From a virus: DNA of 48,611 nucleotides. Shown in pieces: positions 45,899 through 48,611 of this stretch; the stretch's first letter is position 1; every line of letters starts with the position of its first letter. The translations under genes and the position numbers were made by a program. The notes beneath the pieces were generated by a model. That model was not told where the DNA came from, made no database searches, and saw only the letters and a list, made by a program, of their open reading frames with translations. Location: IMG/VR virus record IMGVR_UViG_3300013902_000003, positions 1 to 48,611 of that record, one strand, 5' to 3'.

Positions 45899-48611
45899 AT
45901 GAGTAAATGTTCAGATAGTATAACATTGTGCAAAGTTTCAGATGGGGCAAGAGGCTTACAAGGGTTACAAGGACCACAGGGGGAACAAGGCGTTCCAGGT
46001 AAAGACGGAACTAATGGAACTAACGGCAAAACTAGTTATTTTCATATAAAGTATTCGTCAGTTGCTAGTCCTACATTATCTAGTCAAATGACAGAAACTC
46101 CCTCTGAATATATAGGTACTTACGTTGACTTTACTGAAGATGATAGTACCGACCCTAGTAAGTATAAATGGGCAAGATTTGAAGGCTTACAAGGAGAGAA
46201 GGGCGACAAAGGAATACCAGGTACTGACGGTACAAACGGCAAGACATCCTATCTACACATCAAATACTCTAACGACGGAGGAGCAACCTTTACTACTAAC
46301 AATGGAGAGGTTGTAGGCGACTACATTGGTGTATGTACTGACTTTAATCCTGATGACCCTACTACTGTCTCATCTTACAAGTGGTCAAAAACAAAAGGCG
46401 ATACAGGTGCTACAGGAAGTCCGGGAAAAGACGGTACTAATGGAAAGGACGGCAAGGACGGTACAAGCGTTACTATTGTTTCTCAGACTAAGAAGTATCG
46501 TAACGACTCACAAGGAGATACCGTCCCTAGTGGTGGTACATGGACAGATTCACCTAATCCAGTCAAAGGCATGTATCTATGGTGCTTAATTACAACTAGT
46601 TATTCAGATGGGAGAACTGATGTTTTACCAGTTGTTTCATATGTTGGTACTGACGGCGCTAAGGGCGATAAAGGTGAAACGGGTGCTACAGGACCACAAG
46701 GTCCACAGGGGGAGCAAGGAGAGAAGGGAGATACCGGTGCTACAGGGCCTCAAGGACCTAAGGGGGACCCTGGCAAAGATGGTACTAATGGTACAAATGG
46801 TAAGGACGGAAAAACAGGCCAATACACAGCTTTCCAATACTATGCTTCTACCTCAGATACAGCACAGCAAGGTGGAGCATGGAGTGATACTATGCCTTCC
46901 ATCTCAGGGGGGAAGTATCTATGGATGAGAACTCAAGTAGTACCGGCAGGAGGAAGTATTAGTTCGTCATCATGGGGAACTCCAGTCTTAGCAGGTACTG
47001 ATATTTCTAAACTAATGACTACAATTGAGACGACTAATTCTCAAGTAGTGGAATTAGGCGACAAGGTAACACAGAATACTACAGCAATTAACGCCAACTC
47101 CACGGCTATAGCTACTAAGGTCAATCAGACTGTTTATGATGATAAGATTAGCTCTATTGAGAGTACAATAGAGCAGACGGCCAATAAGATAGCTTTGACA
47201 GTGGAAACTGTTAATGGGGAAAAAGTCGTTAAGTACAACGGTATTGTTATCTCTGAAAAGGATGGCGAAGGCAACATCCTTATTAGAGCTGATAAAATAC
47301 TCTTAGACGGCAGTGTTACGGCTGATAAATTAGACGTCAAAACTCTAAACACAGTATACCTTACAATCAATGGCACTCTCGATAATGATGTATTATCGAC
47401 AATTGATAAAAATGAAGCGGGAGAGGCAATTTCAATTGGAAGTGTTGATGATACGAACAAGTATTATCTTGCGTCTCAATTAAAAATAAAGATTAAGAGT
47501 ATCTCATCAAATACTATGAGTCTTTTCTCCAAATTAGGAAATTTTTCAAATGTAAGGGTTATAAATAATACAGATAACAGTTTTTTTACAGAGGATCATT
47601 TTGAATATTATAAAAGATTCTCAGCTCTACCTTTTATAACAAACAGCATAAATGCTTCAGGTAGTATATATTATTGGCCAACAAATCAATACTTTTCTTT
47701 TGCAAATTTGGAAGAAAACCCAATAAGGACATCAACAGATGGTTATAACTGGGGATATGGTACAAATTCATGGGCATCAAATCAAAAGAATCTTTTTGGT
47801 CGTTTTGCTATTAGTCGAAACGAAACAGAACCTACTCTACATTGTGTATGCTATGAAACAGGAACAACAAATCCAATTAGATTAATGAGCACGACAGATG
47901 GTTATAATTTTTATAACCAAGATACTATCGCAAGAACATCAGTAGATGATTCATTCTTTTTGTATAGCTCTTTTAATAGTTATCCCGTTTTAGTTACAGA
48001 AAAACATACTTACTTTATTGCACCCTCTGGTATTACATTTCTAACTGCAAATTCAGAGATAAGTGTGCAAGTTAGTTCTCCTTTAGCCTCTCAATCTTTC
48101 CATGAGATAACTTTACCTATTACTCCTGAAAAAGTTTTTTCTGGGATTTTACTTAAGAATAATTCTATTTTATGTTGTGTTTTGCAATATAATAGCACTA
48201 AGTATTTTTACTTTAAAAAATCCTCCTCATGGATTTCATTCGCTGTACCAGATAATATAAAAAATAAAAATTTTTCCGAAGCAAATTATTATGAAATTGG
48301 CGATTATCTTTATATTGTTGCTTATAAGTATGTTGGAAAATTAAATCTAACAACTCTTACTTCCTCTTCAACAATCGAAACTATGTTTAGTGGGAATTAT
48401 TATGGAGTAGTCCCAATTTCAAATAAGTACATTGTTATACTTGAATACGACCCGAATTTAAAAACATATTCAAGGTCTCTATTCTCAGAAACAAGAAAAT
48501 TGGGTGGGCTTCCTGCCAATTCATCTCTTGTTTCTAGTGCTTTTTTTTACAAATCTTTCCCTCAACCATATGGAAACATTTGCTATATCGATGACAATAC
48601 TACTGTAATTC
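45899..48611 (+). CDS. Collagen-like tail fibre, proximal part. It runs off the window end and continues at 1..1253, giving 1295 aa in total.
   Basis: Translated by hand from the ATG at 45899. Four G-X-Y blocks (~45944-46030, 46184-46245, 46398-46470, 46655-46820) alternate with repeated KTSY(F/L)HIKYS...YIG...D..DP..YKW modules. There is no stop before 48611. Confidence 0.8.
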   Translation, partial: MSKCSDSITLCKVSDGARGLQGLQGPQGEQGVPGKDGTNGTNGKTSYFHIKYSSVASPTLSSQMTETPSEYIGTYVDFTEDDSTDPSKYKWARFEGLQGEKGDKGIPGTDGTNGKTSYLHIKYSNDGGATFTTNNGEVVGDYIGVCTDFNPDDPTTVSSYKWSKTKGDTGATGSPGKDGTNGKDGKDGTSVTIVSQTKKYRNDSQGDTVPSGGTWTDSPNPVKGMYLWCLITTSYSDGRTDVLPVVSYVGTDGAKGDKGETGATGPQGPQGEQGEKGDTGATGPQGPKGDPGKDGTNGTNGKDGKTGQYTAFQYYASTSDTAQQGGAWSDTMPSISGGKYLWMRTQVVPAGGSISSSSWGTPVLAGTDISKLMTTIETTNSQVVELGDKVTQNTTAINANSTAIATKVNQTVYDDKISSIESTIEQTANKIALTVETVNGEKVVKYNGIVISEKDGEGNILIRADKILLDGSVTADKLDVKTLNTVYLTINGTLDNDVLSTIDKNEAGEAISIGSVDDTNKYYLASQLKIKIKSISSNTMSLFSKLGNFSNVRVINNTDNSFFTEDHFEYYKRFSALPFITNSINASGSIYYWPTNQYFSFANLEENPIRTSTDGYNWGYGTNSWASNQKNLFGRFAISRNETEPTLHCVCYETGTTNPIRLMSTTDGYNFYNQDTIARTSVDDSFFLYSSFNSYPVLVTEKHTYFIAPSGITFLTANSEISVQVSSPLASQSFHEITLPITPEKVFSGILLKNNSILCCVLQYNSTKYFYFKKSSSWISFAVPDNIKNKNFSEANYYEIGDYLYIVAYKYVGKLNLTTLTSSSTIETMFSGNYYGVVPISNKYIVILEYDPNLKTYSRSLFSETRKLGGLPANSSLVSSAFFYKSFPQPYGNICYIDDNTTVI
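48534..48611. repeat. Terminal direct repeat copy 2, identical to 1..78
   Basis: Direct comparison of both window ends. Confidence 0.95.

Noticed and set aside
46125-46928. Three + strand ORFs in the track (46125-46316, 46326-46589, 46608-46928) and the minus-strand ORF at 46637-46837
   Set aside because: They are out-of-frame or antisense readings of the G-X-Y collagen repeats. The frame starting at 45899 is open throughout and encodes a coherent fibre.

Overview
The window is a complete, circularly closed phage or prophage genome. Its first 78 bases are repeated exactly as its last 78 bases, so the unique length is 48,533 bp. By eye it is low-GC, most genes have strong AGGAG-type Shine-Dalgarno sites, and almost all genes are on the + strand.

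Gene content indicates a temperate podovirus with T7-like virion architecture and no phage RNA polymerase.

Module order:
- Distal tail-fibre part plus two accessory genes (1-2228).
- A 640-bp structured non-coding region (2229-2866).
- Capsid, a gp11/gp12-like tail tube, two internal-protein-like ORFs and a 3654-aa giant multi-domain ('polyvalent') internal protein (2867-21400).
- A membrane-protein/lysis-like cassette with no recognisable endolysin (21541-24527). It includes a small sigma-region-4-like regulator.
- Probable attP with arm-type repeats, followed by a tyrosine integrase (24600-26133).
- An accessory ('moron') region holding a split DUF3644-like gene, a degenerate type I toxin locus and a cI-linked membrane protein (26139-28236).
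- A cI/Cro-type switch (28237-28878).
- Exo/DUF1351-like/RecT recombination genes and a DnaD-like organiser next to an iteron origin (29365-32650).
- About 14 tiny early ORFs.
- terS, then a large-terminase gene split into ATPase and nuclease ORFs by a 1.64-kb insertion. The insertion carries a type I toxin-antitoxin-like locus and a second fibre-tip-like three-gene cassette (36072-39839).
- Portal and scaffold, an antisense higBA-like module, and three fibre genes. The last is a 1295-aa collagen-like fibre that runs across the window junction and is missing from the ORF track.

Two dispersed regulatory motifs stand out:
- An operator palindrome AAATGT-N2-ACATTT, fused to TTGAC -35 boxes at four to five loci.
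- A bipartite motif ACAACGACA-N6-CCAAC in front of each late gene block.

All functional calls come from motif-level reading of the sequence and remembered family signatures. No database search was run.
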